Part shown: piece by piece, positions 39,385 through 52,200 of the stretch | How the letters are laid out: each line of letters begins with the position of its first letter | How positions within the stretch are numbered: position 1 is the stretch's first letter | DNA from: Glycera tridactyla | Lineage: Eukaryota | Assembly: GCA_965644265.1 (NCBI GenBank) | Contig: OZ286476.1 | Span: forward strand, 23,498,001 to 23,562,000 | Direction of reading: 5' to 3' | DNA: 64,000 bases | Translations under genes and position numbers: made by a program | Notes under the pieces: model-generated | Told to the model about the DNA's origin: nothing | Databases searched by the model: none | What the model saw: only the letters and a program-made list of their open reading frames with translations

Positions 39385-39660
39385 AAGCACACTGACTTCA
39401 TGCCTAAGACAAGTGTCTACTCATGTCTACTCAACAATACCGAACCTACCTGTCTACTCTAGCCAGCTGTTTTTGACTGTAACTGACAATGTCTACTTAT
39501 CAATACCAAACCTACCTGTCTACTCTAGCAAGCTGTGAATGAAAGCATAGCATGAACTTGCTCTAAGCACACTGACTTCATGCTTAAGACAATTTTTTGA
39601 CTGTATCTGACAATGTCTACTCAACAATGCCAAACCTACCTGTCTACTCTAGCCAGCTGT
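39385..39660 (-). repeat. 123-bp satellite, degenerate, inverted relative to the 28.3 kb array
   Basis: GTCTACTCAACAATACC..CTACTCTAGCCAGCTGT is the reverse complement of the unit. Confidence 0.85.
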
Positions 39661-39781
39661 GAACTTTGGTTGATCATGAGGAGTTCTAGTGTGAACAAGG
39701 AGGGAGAGGATGAAGAGGATGAAGAGAAAGAGAAGGTCTTTTGCCTCACACACATACACACAAATACATACATCTTGAAGG

Positions 39782-39929
39782 TTGCAATAACTTACGCTAA
39801 ATCAATAACAAACACCTTGCTCAAATATACGCTTCACTTTATTGCCTCGATATATGATAACAGCTACCTGTGTAGATACACTACATCTCTTTGTCCACTG
39901 CTGCGGCGATCGGCACTAGTATTACTATT
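39782..39929. repeat. Right TIR of pPolB element copy 1
   Basis: Reverse complement matches 48953-49100 over ~148 bp. Confidence 0.9.
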
Positions 39930-40358
39930 CATAGTCATGATTCTATCATGACTTCCATCATCAAACAAATTCCCTGACCACATGGATATTGACCAAAATA
40001 ATTGCAAACATACTGCATTTATAAACTCCTTATTCCTCACAAGCAATCCTCTATAAGAACTAAATAACACCTCCATTCTCTTCCTCTCATGTTGAAAGAG
40101 TCGTTTCATTTGTTCGGTGTCTCTATTTCTCTTACATTTCTATGCAAGAGCTATCCTCTTTGCCAATTGAATAGTGTCCAATTCATACTCATGTAAAATG
40201 TCTTCCAATAAATCTCCATTATCAAAACTGGACAAAACACACCGTCGATAATGTGATGACATTCCAGCAGAACTTTCACATTTCTGAAGACATATCACAC
40301 ATATTTCTCTATGTCTGAAAACAGGCATTGTGTCCTCAGTCTCAACTATTTCCACCAA
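39930..40358 (-). pseudogene. Paralog of the C2HC orphan, frameshifted and running into the TIR
   Basis: CVIC..CESSAGMSSHYRRC..HEYE...AKRI..ERKRMEVL..Y.G.LV.NKEF aligns with 38605-39021. Confidence 0.75.
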
Positions 40359-40660
40359 CGACTGCCAGGAAACAGCTCAATACACTCGAAATACCACGTC
40401 CTATTTATACAAACATCTGCGAATACAATGCATGCATGCAATGATACCATTCACTCTGATAATCTATTCATGTTACGGTCACTTCTTATTTACATTGGTA
40501 AACATCACATTAACACTCTCAACCCTAACCTGTCGAATAACTGGAAAACATCCACACCATTCCAGACTTTCTTCTGCATGTTCCACCATCACATTCCTTT
40601 CCGCCATCCTACATTCCTCTGACCTGCATTTATAGGGCCTAATATTATTAGTAATTCTAT

Positions 40661-41341
40661 CTAAAAGACGAATAACACAGCAGGAGAAGAATTGGACGGG
40701 TCCACTAAATCCACCCCCTCACCCTCAGATGAATCCTTATCGAAAACCCGCTGCTCTCCCAAATATATCTGCTTAAATGGACCTACCAAGGCTACTGTTT
40801 CAAACAACCTAGTGTAATACATGTCCCTCCCCCTGATGGTTGAAATGGTCTCATCTCCACTCCACCCTCCCACCGGCATCCGCCCCCTTCTGTTAAACCT
40901 CCTCAAAGTGAAATACAGACAATAGTAGCCGCTGTATTCAGCACGAGGAGTAGCCTGGTTAGTGTAAAATATATCACCCTTGTATGCGTTGAAATAGTCT
41001 AAAACCCTACATCCATAATCAGATGGTCCCCTCATTGTAGGATCGTACATCGTCATCCAATAGTCAGTGCTCACAGTGTAACAACTGCCATCACTAATAC
41101 ATAGCAATATCCAGTTTTGGAGGATAGTTTTGACAAACACCAAAACTGGGAAATCTAGCACATTTATCATAGGTAAATTATAACAGTCGGTCACGAAAAT
41201 CTGCTTCCCGATAGTAAAGTCATGAAAGCAGTCTCCAAAAAATAAGTACTTCCACAATATTTCGCTCTCCATATCGCATGTAACACTAACCTTCTTCCCT
41301 CCCTCACAAATCCGGCCGCCGCTTCTTCTGACTGAAGTCAT
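40661..41341 (-). CDS. Adenain-like protease homolog with catalytic His and Cys replaced (pseudo-protease)
   Basis: Intact 226 aa. FPVLVFVKT-ILQNWILL (NW for HW), MYDP (FDS), YTNQ, EYSGYYCLYF (SG for CG). Confidence 0.7.
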   Translation of the reverse strand: MTSVRRSGGRICEGGKKVSVTCDMESEILWKYLFFGDCFHDFTIGKQIFVTDCYNLPMINVLDFPVLVFVKTILQNWILLCISDGSCYTVSTDYWMTMYDPTMRGPSDYGCRVLDYFNAYKGDIFYTNQATPRAEYSGYYCLYFTLRRFNRRGRMPVGGWSGDETISTIRGRDMYYTRLFETVALVGPFKQIYLGEQRVFDKDSSEGEGVDLVDPSNSSPAVLFVF

Positions 41342-41361
41342 TCCTGCTCACAAATTAAATC

Positions 41362-42590
41362 ACAAAGCATCCACAATCACTAGGTTCTTTCAACCTCTTT
41401 TACAACAAGCCAATTGTCGTTAGAAACAGAAAACGGGGCAGAATGTGTGTACAAATGGATGACACGAAATGGCACACGATGAAGAAAATACCTGTCAGTT
41501 CGGTATAAGATATCACATAGGGTAATTTGAAGGGTTCTTCATGGAAAGTAATGTGTCCTTGAAAATGGCGCTCAGGTTGTCTCACTATGTCTGTAGCTAA
41601 AGCAATATCCCTCCAGATCCAGATCACCCTGTGCTGCTTCTACGTTGGTGTTCTCTATCTTGTGCTGGGGCAAATGGCCTGCCATATTTCCATCCACTCA
41701 TGTATCATGGAGTGCCAGAGTTGTCTGCGTATTATCTACAACCATCAGCTTCTTTTCAACCTCTTCACAAGCAACCAGTTATCATTAGAAACATAGTGTG
41801 GGGTTGTGTAGAATGTGTGTACAGATAGATGACACGCAATGGTACAGAATAAAGCAGATACCTGTCAGTTTGGTACAAGATATCACATATCATATGTTGG
41901 AGGGGTGTTCATGGAAGAAGACAAGTCTATGAAGATTTGCATTTCGTATCATGTGCAGGCTGTCTACTATATCTGTAGATAAATCAGTATCTTTCAAGAT
42001 CCAGATTGCTGGATGCAGCTCCTACGTTGGTGTTCTCTCTCTCATGCTGGTGCAAAAGCCCTGCCATATTTCCATCCTATCCTATCTCATGGAGCGCCAG
42101 GATTGTCTGCATGACATCCACAATAACCAGGTTCTTTTCAATTCCCTTTCCAACCAGCCAGTTATTGTAACCTCTTGAAACAGAAAATGGCAGGGTAGAA
42201 TATGTGTACAGATAGATGACACACAATGGCACACATTAAAGAAAATACCTGTCAAGATATCACATGGCATATGTTGAAGGCGTTTTCTTGGAAAGTAACA
42301 TGTCCATGAAAATAGTGTGTTATGCCTGATGCACTGGTTGTCTTACTATTTCTGTGGCTAAATCAGTACTCCTCCAGATCCAGATTATCAGGCGCTGCCT
42401 ATACATTGGTATTCTCTATCTCACGCTGGTGCAGATGGCCTTCCATATTTCCGTTCTCCCCTGTCTGATGAAGCACCAAAATTATCTATGTAGCATCCAC
42501 AAGCACCAGATTCCCTTCAGCTCCCTTCACAACCAGCCAGTTATTGTGACCTTCAGAAACAGACATGGGCATGGTGAAATGACTTCAGAG
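41362..42590 (-). pseudogene. About three diverged ~380-bp units of the 127-aa repeat gene
   Basis: Marker motif at ~41675, ~42056 and ~42436. Confidence 0.65.
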
Positions 42591-42790
42591 ATACTAACTC
42601 ATGTGGATTTGCTGATGTGAATGTATTTTGTTTGCCTCCTGTTCACTTTTTCAATCATTTTTCCAAAAAAACTATTCAAAGTCAATTTAGCTACACTACG
42701 TTTACCACTATTTTTTGCATCATTGATTTATCTATATGTATTACTTCATGCAACTCATATTCATCAATGAATGATTCTAGGTCATCTACT
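42590..42790 (-). pseudogene. pPolB: pPolB motif-B fragment
   Basis: FIDEYELHE..MQKNSGKRSVAKLTLNSFFGKM..VNRRQTKY. Confidence 0.85.
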
Positions 42791-43144
42791 GTCTTCACCC
42801 TGAGACTGCTGTCAACACCGTTTGGAGTGTACAAACACAGGCCACTCACCGAACATCTGTTCATTCCAGACAGCTCAAGGATATTGTTCGGCGAGATAGA
42901 TGCGGACATTGACAAAGTGGCCCTGCATCTGAATGATGATGACAACGACAAACACGATGGTCTAGACTTGAGCGCGAAACTGTTTTCAAAATATCTTGAC
43001 CTGTCCGAACAGAAGTCCATGATAGGTGACCTCTTGCACAGAACGGAGAACATACGCCAACGACGGCGACGACGACAACTAGGACACTGACAATGACGAC
43101 CGCACCATCCCAAGAAGAAGCTCAAGATTGAGCATCCCTCATAA

Positions 43145-46100
43145 GTAATCATCATGCTTGGTCTATATCTATGTGAACTGATAGCTATTACAATGAATGA
43201 CTGATGCAAATCATCAGCAATATGCATATTGATATCGTGCTTGGTGCTACTCACTATCTGCAGACCGCTGGCTTTCACAATATACAGCTGACACAATCAC
43301 AACGTTCCATCATCAGCAATATTCACATGTACCGATATCTCTCTGTCCAGCGTGAAATAACTTCAATATGTACTGTATGCAACAATGTGTAACGCTTACA
43401 TATGTCACTGACTCGTATGCTATGCAATTACTAAACAATATATTCTACATTTATTTCAGCCTCCAGATACCCGGCGTAAATATATGCATATGGTTCCACT
43501 TATTGTGTCATTGTCACTCTGTTCACGATGGTTGTTGTTATGCTCTTGTCAATCGAAATATCTCCCAAGAATGTTGCGAGAACTTGTTGCACACGTATCA
43601 TCATTGTGGTCATCCTCATCCAAGCACACCTTAGGAATGCGGCCATTGAATACTTCAATATTTGCTTCCAGTTCAAATAGTTCTTCCTTTCTGAATTTGA
43701 ATACCTTTTTTCGTGGGCAGTACGTCTTCGCCAATGAGACAGAAATGACAAACTTGCATAATTTTGTACTCGCTGGAAATAGTCGCAAATAAGAAACCAG
43801 ATGAATGATATCTCGTTTCCCCCACCATGTTTCCACTCTCGATCCTACCAATGAGACCCAACATATCATCTAATCTCTTGCATAGCATCTTCCATCTCTA
43901 AAGTGGAACCGCCATCCTTGACATTTCACCATTCCTGTCCTGATAAAGCAGATGGATACAGAGCCGGGACTGTGGGTGACAATCGTCTAGCCGTTATTTT
44001 CTGTGCCGCATACTAAGCGCGACACCCCACATGTTTCTGTAATATGCAAACATCATGTACATCACCCATCTACTGATCACGACTTACACAAAATACGGAT
44101 AGAGAGGTGAACCAGTGACGAAGAAGGCGTATCATTTATATCGTATGGGGGGGAATCTGAACGAGAGAACTTGGAAGAGGTATGTAACTGTCCATCAGTC
44201 TATCACTTCAATAATTTCTATAGAGAAGCGTCGAGGCCAATATCACCAAGAATCGCTTCATTTCAACCATATCACTTTCTTGCTGTGGCGATCGGCACCA
44301 GCGTCACTACTACTGTGAACTGTTCTGGAATGCTGAACATTCCACTATAATACATATTATAAATTATGTACATAGTGATGTCGAAAGCTTTCTCTATCAT
44401 TGGGATATTTCCTGATATCCCTTGTCAAAGCAATTCATTGCCACCATCATCTCTGCTCCATATGTCTATTGATTCCTAACCGGACTCATTAAGTCATTGT
44501 AAAGAAATTCACGATTCTCATTAGCAAACTTGATACGTTTCTTTCTCTTAATGTTGCCGACTAATCTTCGAGATGTGGATATGAAATACCCACGACACTA
44601 ACATAGACCTGACAAGGCACATGGAAACATCGTTATTCATGAAACAATTGAGTGCACCCTTCATGATCATTATGTTTGCACTCCAAAACGGAGACTGCCC
44701 CTTCCCTAAAGGAATCGACCAGATCTGACAGGACCTCGACGTGGGGCACTTTCTTCATTCAGTATATTTATCAGCTGTCACTGGATTCTCTCATCAGACA
44801 ACAAACTTTCCTCCATTGATACCAATGCTGCCAACTGCTCCCCAGACATGTTACAGACCTGCTGATGTGCGTTTATAACAACTTAGACCATAGATAAGAC
44901 AATACTGAAATGATACATGAACAGGCGACGAATCAGTTATCGTATCTTGCAGAACAGAAAGGGTAGAATGTCTTCACAGATAAATGACTCACCATGGCAC
45001 AAAAAAACTGTCGGTTTGATGTGATATCACATGGCATATGTTCATGGAAGGTGACATGTTCATAAAAAATGGCTTTTTGTATCATGCCCACATTGTCTCA
45101 CTATGTCTGCAGCCAAATCAGTATCCCCCCAGATCCAGATGACTGGGCGCTGCTGCTACGTTGATGTTCTCTCTCTCATGCTGGTGCAAATGGCCTGCCA
45201 TATTTCCATCCTCGCCTGTCTGATGGAGCGCCAGGATTGTCTGAGTAGCATCCACGACCATCAGGTTCTCTTCAACCCCCTTCACAACCAGCCAGTTATC
45301 GTGACCTGTAGTAACAGAAATGGGTGGGATAGAATGTTGGATAGAATGTGTGATAGAAAGAAACAGGATGGCCCACAATATAGAAAATACAGGTCAGTTT
45401 GCTATAAGATATAACATCGCATATGTTGAAGGGGTGTTCTTGGAAGGTAACATGTCCATCAAAATGGTGTGTTTCATATCATGCGCAGGTTGTCTTACTA
45501 TATCTGTAGCTAAGCCAGTATCCCCCAGGGTCCAGATTACTAGGTGCTGCTTCTATGTTGGTGATCTCTATCTTGCGCTGGTGCAAATGGCCTGCCATAT
45601 TTCCATCCCCTCCTGTCTGATAAAGCACCAGAATTGTCTACATAGCATCCACAACAGACAGGTTCTCTTTAGCCTTCTTCACAACCATCAAGTTATCATA
45701 ACCTTTAGAAACAGACATGGTCAGGGTAGAATGTGCGTACAGATAAATGACTTACAATGACACCACAATAAAGAAAATACCCGTAAGTTTGATATAATAT
45801 ATGACATGGCATATGTTGAAGGGGAGTTGAAGGGGTAACATGTCCATAATATCTCCAAACATGAGTGCTGTTTTCCTGAGAATTATCATAATCGATAAAT
45901 GGCCAATTCAATGCATGCCTGGTCTTTAGCCCTAATGGCATGAAAAATCTCAGATCAATATCTGATGTCTCTCATGTTTGGAAGCTCATATTGCCAGTCT
46001 AAGTATTCTTCATTACTTGCATCATCCCGGAAAGTTTGCAAATTATTCAGGTTATACTCATTTTTGTTCACACCATCAGGCTATTCCACCATGAAGGTCT

Positions 46101-48505
46101 GAGGAATAATATGCTCCTGCTGTGTTGCATTCTTGGATAATCTTTCAACCTCGAGTAGACCAGCAAGTGAAATCACATAATGCTGATAGTTCTCCCAGGT
46201 CTCAGATATGATGGGACATTGTCACGTTTTGCCAACAGCTGATTTCTGTTGTCTTGTCTGTCATTGTATAATTCGGGTATAGCACATCGGATGAATACAT
46301 CCTCAGTCAAAGCACTAGGCACAACTTTCTTGGATTCGGCAATTGTCTCTTTCTACTTGCTGGCGTGGACTCCTGAAATGGAAACCACTCATCATCACCT
46401 CTATATCAAAGCCTGCTGCACTATTATATCTTCACATAAAACAGTCAAGTCATCATGACGACACATAACATTCCGACTGAAATACAGTCAGTTTACATCA
46501 CATGACATTTCCACAAGGAAACAAATTGTGCTACATAGCATGTCCTCTATTAACCTATTCAGTACATGGGTAGAGACTCTTCATACCGAGCACCACCTAT
46601 TGCCAACGAGACCAAACAACAGCAAATGCTTGACTCACTTCCCCATCACCGATCACGTTAGATTGGCGCACATTCCACAACTCGCTCTCACAAATAATTG
46701 ACTAAATGCCATTTTAAACACAGCTGACCAGAAAAGCGCATTGGCTAATGATCCTGTAGGTAGTCAATCAGAAGCTTTGTGACCTCCTTCAACTTTGAAT
46801 AGATTTTTGAATATGATCTAGCAGAACAGTCACAAATGTTTTTCATGCCATTCATTGAGACGATCACATTGCCAACCAGCAATCGAGCAAAAACCTTGTT
46901 GATAGGTAAGAGATAAATAGACCTAATATCCCTCAACAGGTAGACTACACATAAATACTTACTTGAAGAGACAAAAGTGGTCCCATTTTTGTGTACTCCT
47001 CATCACCTACAAATACTCTTTTGCGATGCGAAACTCAGTTTTTACTGCAGGATACTGATTTTCCTCAAGGTTCATCGTGAGCCTGCTCTTTAAATGAAAA
47101 CATTTGCACCATGGCAAAAGGCGCCACCTTGACATCCACGACATGCTGACAAATCCTCTTGCAGAAACATGCACCCTTGCAGAAGATGGTAACAGCTATT
47201 GAGATCTGGTACCAAAACAGCAAGGTCATGCCACGATCTGAATCCACTCTTATCAACAGTGAGCTGATATCTCTTTGTGCTTGATGTTCAAATGATGACC
47301 TTCAAAGATTGCTTGTCTTTTTCGATTGATGGTGGTTGCACCTTGATAACCTTATTTGTAATCTGGACGAGAGATTGTGGGAGAGGTGTGTAACTGTCCG
47401 TCAGTCTATCACTCTCTCTCTAACTCACACACACAGATGAGAGTCCATCTGTCAATCTCCCTGTCTGAAATCAAGGTGGAAGAAGTATCTAACTATCTGT
47501 CAGTCTATCACATCAATAATTTCTATAGAGAAGCATCGAGGCTAATATCACTAAGAATCGCTTCATTTTAAGCATATCACTTTCTTGCAGCGGCGATTGG
47601 CCCCAGCTTCACTCTACTGTGAACTTTTCTGGAACCCTGAACATTCCAATTTAAAACGTATTATAGATTATGTACATAGCGGTGTCGAAAGTTTTTTCAA
47701 TCATTGGAATATTTCCTGATATCCCTTGTCAAAGCAATACGGTGCCATCATCATCATCTCTGCTCCATATGTCCATTCATTCCTAACCCGACTCATTAAA
47801 TCATTGTAAACTGAAAGAAAATGCACTATTCTCAATAGCAATCATGATACACTTCTTTCCCTTAATGTTGCCAACTCATGTTCAAGATGTTGATATGAAA
47901 TGGCCACGACACTAACATAGCCCTGACAAGGCACATGGAAACACAATAAAGAAAATACCTGTCAGTTTGATATAAGATATAACATGGCATATGTTGAAGG
48001 GGTGTTCTTGCAGGGTAACATGTCCATGATCTCTCCAAACATGAGTGCTGTTTTCCTCAGAATTGTCATAATCAATGAATGGCCAATTTCATGCATGCCT
48101 GGTCTTTAGCACTAATTGCATACAGAATCTCAGATCAATATCTGATGGCTTTCATGTTTCAGTATTGCCAGTCTAAGTATTCTTCATCACTTGCATCATC
48201 CCCGAAAGTTTGCAAATTCTTGAGGTTACACTCATGTTTGTTCATACCATCAGGTTGTTTCATCATGAAGGTCTGGGGAATAATATGCTCCTGCTGTGTT
48301 GATTCTTGGATAATCTTTCAACCTCGAGTAGACCAGCAAGTGAAATCACATAATGCTGATAGTTCTCCCAGGTCCCAGATATGATGGGTCATTGTCACGT
48401 TTTGCCAACAGCTGATTACTGTTGTCTTGTCTGTCCTCATTGTATAGTTCCTGTATAGCACATAGGATAAATACATCCTCAGCCAAAGCACTAGGCACAA
48501 CTTTC
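43145..48505 (-). repeat. Segmental duplicate of 2008-3580 + 10249-14158 without the Academ insertion
   Basis: Collinear throughout, with many point differences; contains the Academ empty site at ~44,705. Confidence 0.95.
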
Positions 48506-48679
48506 TTTTTCATTTCCTGTCATATCCTGCCATTGTTAATAGCATTATTACTATCGAATCATGTGAATCAATCTATGATCTACCTCATCACTGTCTACCT
48601 CATCAGTAATGTCTTTAGCTCAATTGTCCCAATCCTTAAACACAATAATCTGATCACATACTATGCATAATGCAATTAC

Positions 48680-48910
48680 CCCAAGAACAATTGACTAGAT
48701 ATGTCATTCTGAACACAGCTGACCAGAATTGCGTACCCGCTAATGATCATGCAGTCATCTGACCAGAACCTTTGTGAACTCCTGTGACTTTGACTGCATT
48801 TTTCAATGTGATTGAGCAAAACAATAACAAATTTCGTTCATGACATTCAGTAAGATAATTGCATTGCCAGCCAGCAATTGAACTAAACCCTTGTGTCAAA
48901 TAGAATCAGA
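48680..48910 (-). pseudogene. Diverged fragment of the 'EENQYP' gene (3' part)
   Basis: QGFSSIAGWQC..ECHERNLLLFCSITLKN..SLAGTQFWSAVFRM parallels 12.2-12.45 kb. Confidence 0.6.
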
Positions 48911-49250
48911 GCTTTGAAATTTGAGGATTTAACCGGTTGATTTTGGCACCCTAGTAGTAATACTAGTGCCGATCACCGCAGCAGTGGACATAGAGATGTA
49001 GTGTATTTACACAGGTAGCTGTTATTATATATCGAGGCAATAAAGTGAAGCGTATATTTGAGCAAGGTGTTTGTTATTGATTTAGTGTTAGTTATTGTAG
49101 CATAGGTAGGTGACCACTGCAGATCGTGATGAATATATTTGAGCAAGGTGTTTGTCATTGATTTAGGTGACAGTTATTACAGCGAGAAATCTAATATATC
49201 TATGTTGTTGTTGATACTGTTCAAGAACATCACTGAATGAATGCACTTCA

Positions 49251-52200
49251 TCAGACCCCAAGATCAACCTGTGAATGATAACCAAATGGCACGGTCTTAC
49301 CGCCAGGCAGAACAACACGCTTGTCTACTGTGAAGTGGTATGTCTTCGTTGTTGACTTATGTGTTCGCACTTGAAGTGTTTGTTTATCTTTTTCAATAGA
49401 GGGCTGATGCACCTGAACGACAGTGCCCTTGTTGCATCTGTCCTTGAGATATGAGCAAACCATGTCTTTCATGACAGACATGTTTAAGCTCTGTTCAGCT
49501 AAATAGTTGAGAGAGAATCCTTTGTATTTCATAACTCCCTCACCTGAAATGAATCTACAAGCATAAGTCTTTGAGCCAGTGCATACAAATTCATCTACTA
49601 TCTCGCCATCTGGAATCTCTGATGTCAAATCTCCCAGGTAATCGCCGACCCCCAGCGGTTGTTCACTCGGAAGAGTGCTATACAAAATACTATCTGTATT
49701 GGAGTACATCAATCTCTCCTGTAACTCTCCCATTTTCTCATACAATTTCATTCTGCCATAAGCTGTCACAAATGCCGCTATCACTACATTGTTTGTGGGA
49801 CCGGCAGACAGAGCCTCTTTCAGATCAGAATACTCTACCATCATGACATCATCTGAGATAATACTGAAATCCTTCAAACACACCCTCGGATCTGACATCA
49901 GAGTTACCAATTCGTTTGGATTTGATGATGTTATGTACTTTGTCTGTCTCCTATTTACTTTTTCGCTCATCTTGCCGGACAAAGAATTTGATGCCAATTT
50001 AGCTACACTGCGTTTACCACTATTTTCTTTGCATCAAATTTTCATCCAAGCGTATTCCCTCATGTCTCTCATACTCACTGATATACTTTTCAAGGTCTGA
50101 TTTTGATTTACATCTGGGAGGCTTGCCCTCACTCTCTACTTTCATCTTCAAAATGGCATTGACAAACCCTGTCAAATATTCTGCCGATTTCCCATCAAAT
50201 GGATAGATCATACTATGGGTATTAAAAGGATAATGATATGTTTCAATCATTCTCGAAATAGTATAGCCCCTCTTCAACCCCATTTTCAGTTCCTCACTTA
50301 CAAACACACCATCTAACATCCTGTCCGCATCTGAACAAGTGCACCCATCTTGTGAATTCTCTGCAGCACATTTTTTGCATAACGTAGACACCAGATTGCC
50401 TCTGATTCTTGAAGGTAACACTGGTAAGAACAATTTTCTGGGAGGTAGCACCTCACACTTGATCATACCAAAAATATCCCAAACTTCATCAAAATCTGTT
50501 GTTTTGATCACAGGATGAAAACATGGTAAAGGCATATTTTTCTGTACCCATGGATACAGACTGCAGAAATCTGCATAGTGAATGCACGATCCATCCGGCT
50601 CGTCCATTCTGTTCCATAGTAGCCTGACTGACTCAACTCTGCCACCATAAAATCCATCCCTAGGATCTAGTGGATCATCTATCTTCAGAGACTTGTATAT
50701 ATCGCTAGCTTGTTTATTTGCTTGAACTATCAGATCATACTCGTGCTCCCATATACTGATGACCTCTGCACCCGGTGCATTCAACTTTGACAAATAAAGC
50801 ATGGCTGAGGAATACAACTCCTTGTAGGTCCTGCCAGTATTTTTGCATCTCAAGTCCTCTCTCGATGCTGGGAAACATATATTGCATCCATGCCACATAC
50901 AGCCAAAAAGATTATATATTTTTGAATTTTCAGGTACAACTTCTAAGATATGATTGATTGCAGGAACATTTCCATCTCCAGATTCAAATCCGTCAACATG
51001 AACAATTTTTCCATTCCTCTTCCGAATTCTAATTTCTTGAATATTTCCACCATGAGATATTTTCACACCGTCTCTCTGAGACAAGTAGTCTAGCCAAGCA
51101 CAGCACTTTTTACTGAAAAATTTTGAGTGCCTCCTATATCCGAAAGGTGGTGTCATTCCGATAAATGTTTCATCAAAAGACTCTGATATGACTCTGAAAT
51201 CCAAGCTTGTGTCTGCAGACACCATACCATCACCCATGTCAACTTTCAAATGACCTCCCCTTCTAGCACCCGGTACAATCATTCGTTCTCCGTTTTCATT
51301 CTTCTCAACCTCGCATCTCACCATTTCTGTCACATGCAACTTCCTAAAAATGCGCATAGACATTGAAGCTAAAGTAAATACCTCTCTGAGAGGATGCAAA
51401 CCAGCCAGATTAACTATTATATTATCAAATGCTATGATTGCTTTCCTCAAGATAACCACATCATTCACACAGTAATTAATTAATTCATCCTTTAGCACAA
51501 ATATATCACCTGATGCAATTCTTTCATCATACCAAGATCGAAACCTAGTGACTTCGCTAGGTCTCACCCCTTCCACACAGTACATGCTTTTATCTGGGTA
51601 CGGGCCACTATAAGCGAGATCCATATTGTGCACTGTATTGAACAAATGTGGAAAAAAGCCTTTTGTCAGTCCACCGACCACCTCAGATTCAATTTCAAAC
51701 ATCAATGGTAATTTTGAGAGAGCCATCGGCATGAACCTGGCAGAATCTAGAAATCTAATGTTGTACCCTTTTCCAACTTTAAAAAAAAGCAGCTGGGCGC
51801 CGTTCATCACTGTATCAGATATTTTAACATTAGAGGATAACAATTCACGGTATATGAAAAATTGATCATAACGACTGCCATTATGACTCACTACACATGC
51901 GTGAGAATGTTCTGGAACTACGACCCACTGGCAAAATCTACTCACACTATCTAAGCCATAAAAAATGTGCCTACGTCTACCGCATGCGCCATTTTTACAC
52001 GGCGGATACTTGTAATCATGCACTCCTGATGATTGACCCCTACGGGTCCTGCATCTATCACATCAATCACCACAATGAGAGCACTCTAACTGATCTACAA
52101 AACTCAAATTGACGCAATACATGCACCACTTATCAGCTACAACCAAATTTGGAACATGGTTATAACTTCCACATTTGGTTGTGTGACAATTAGTGCATTT

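Larger units (their letters stand above)
28927..39929 (-). mobile_element. AT-rich Polinton-like pPolB element, copy 1 (right TIR present, left end missing)
   Basis: Collinear with 49.2-58.58 kb from 29,205 onward. Right TIR ends ...ACTAGTATTACTATT at 39929. Confidence 0.85.
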
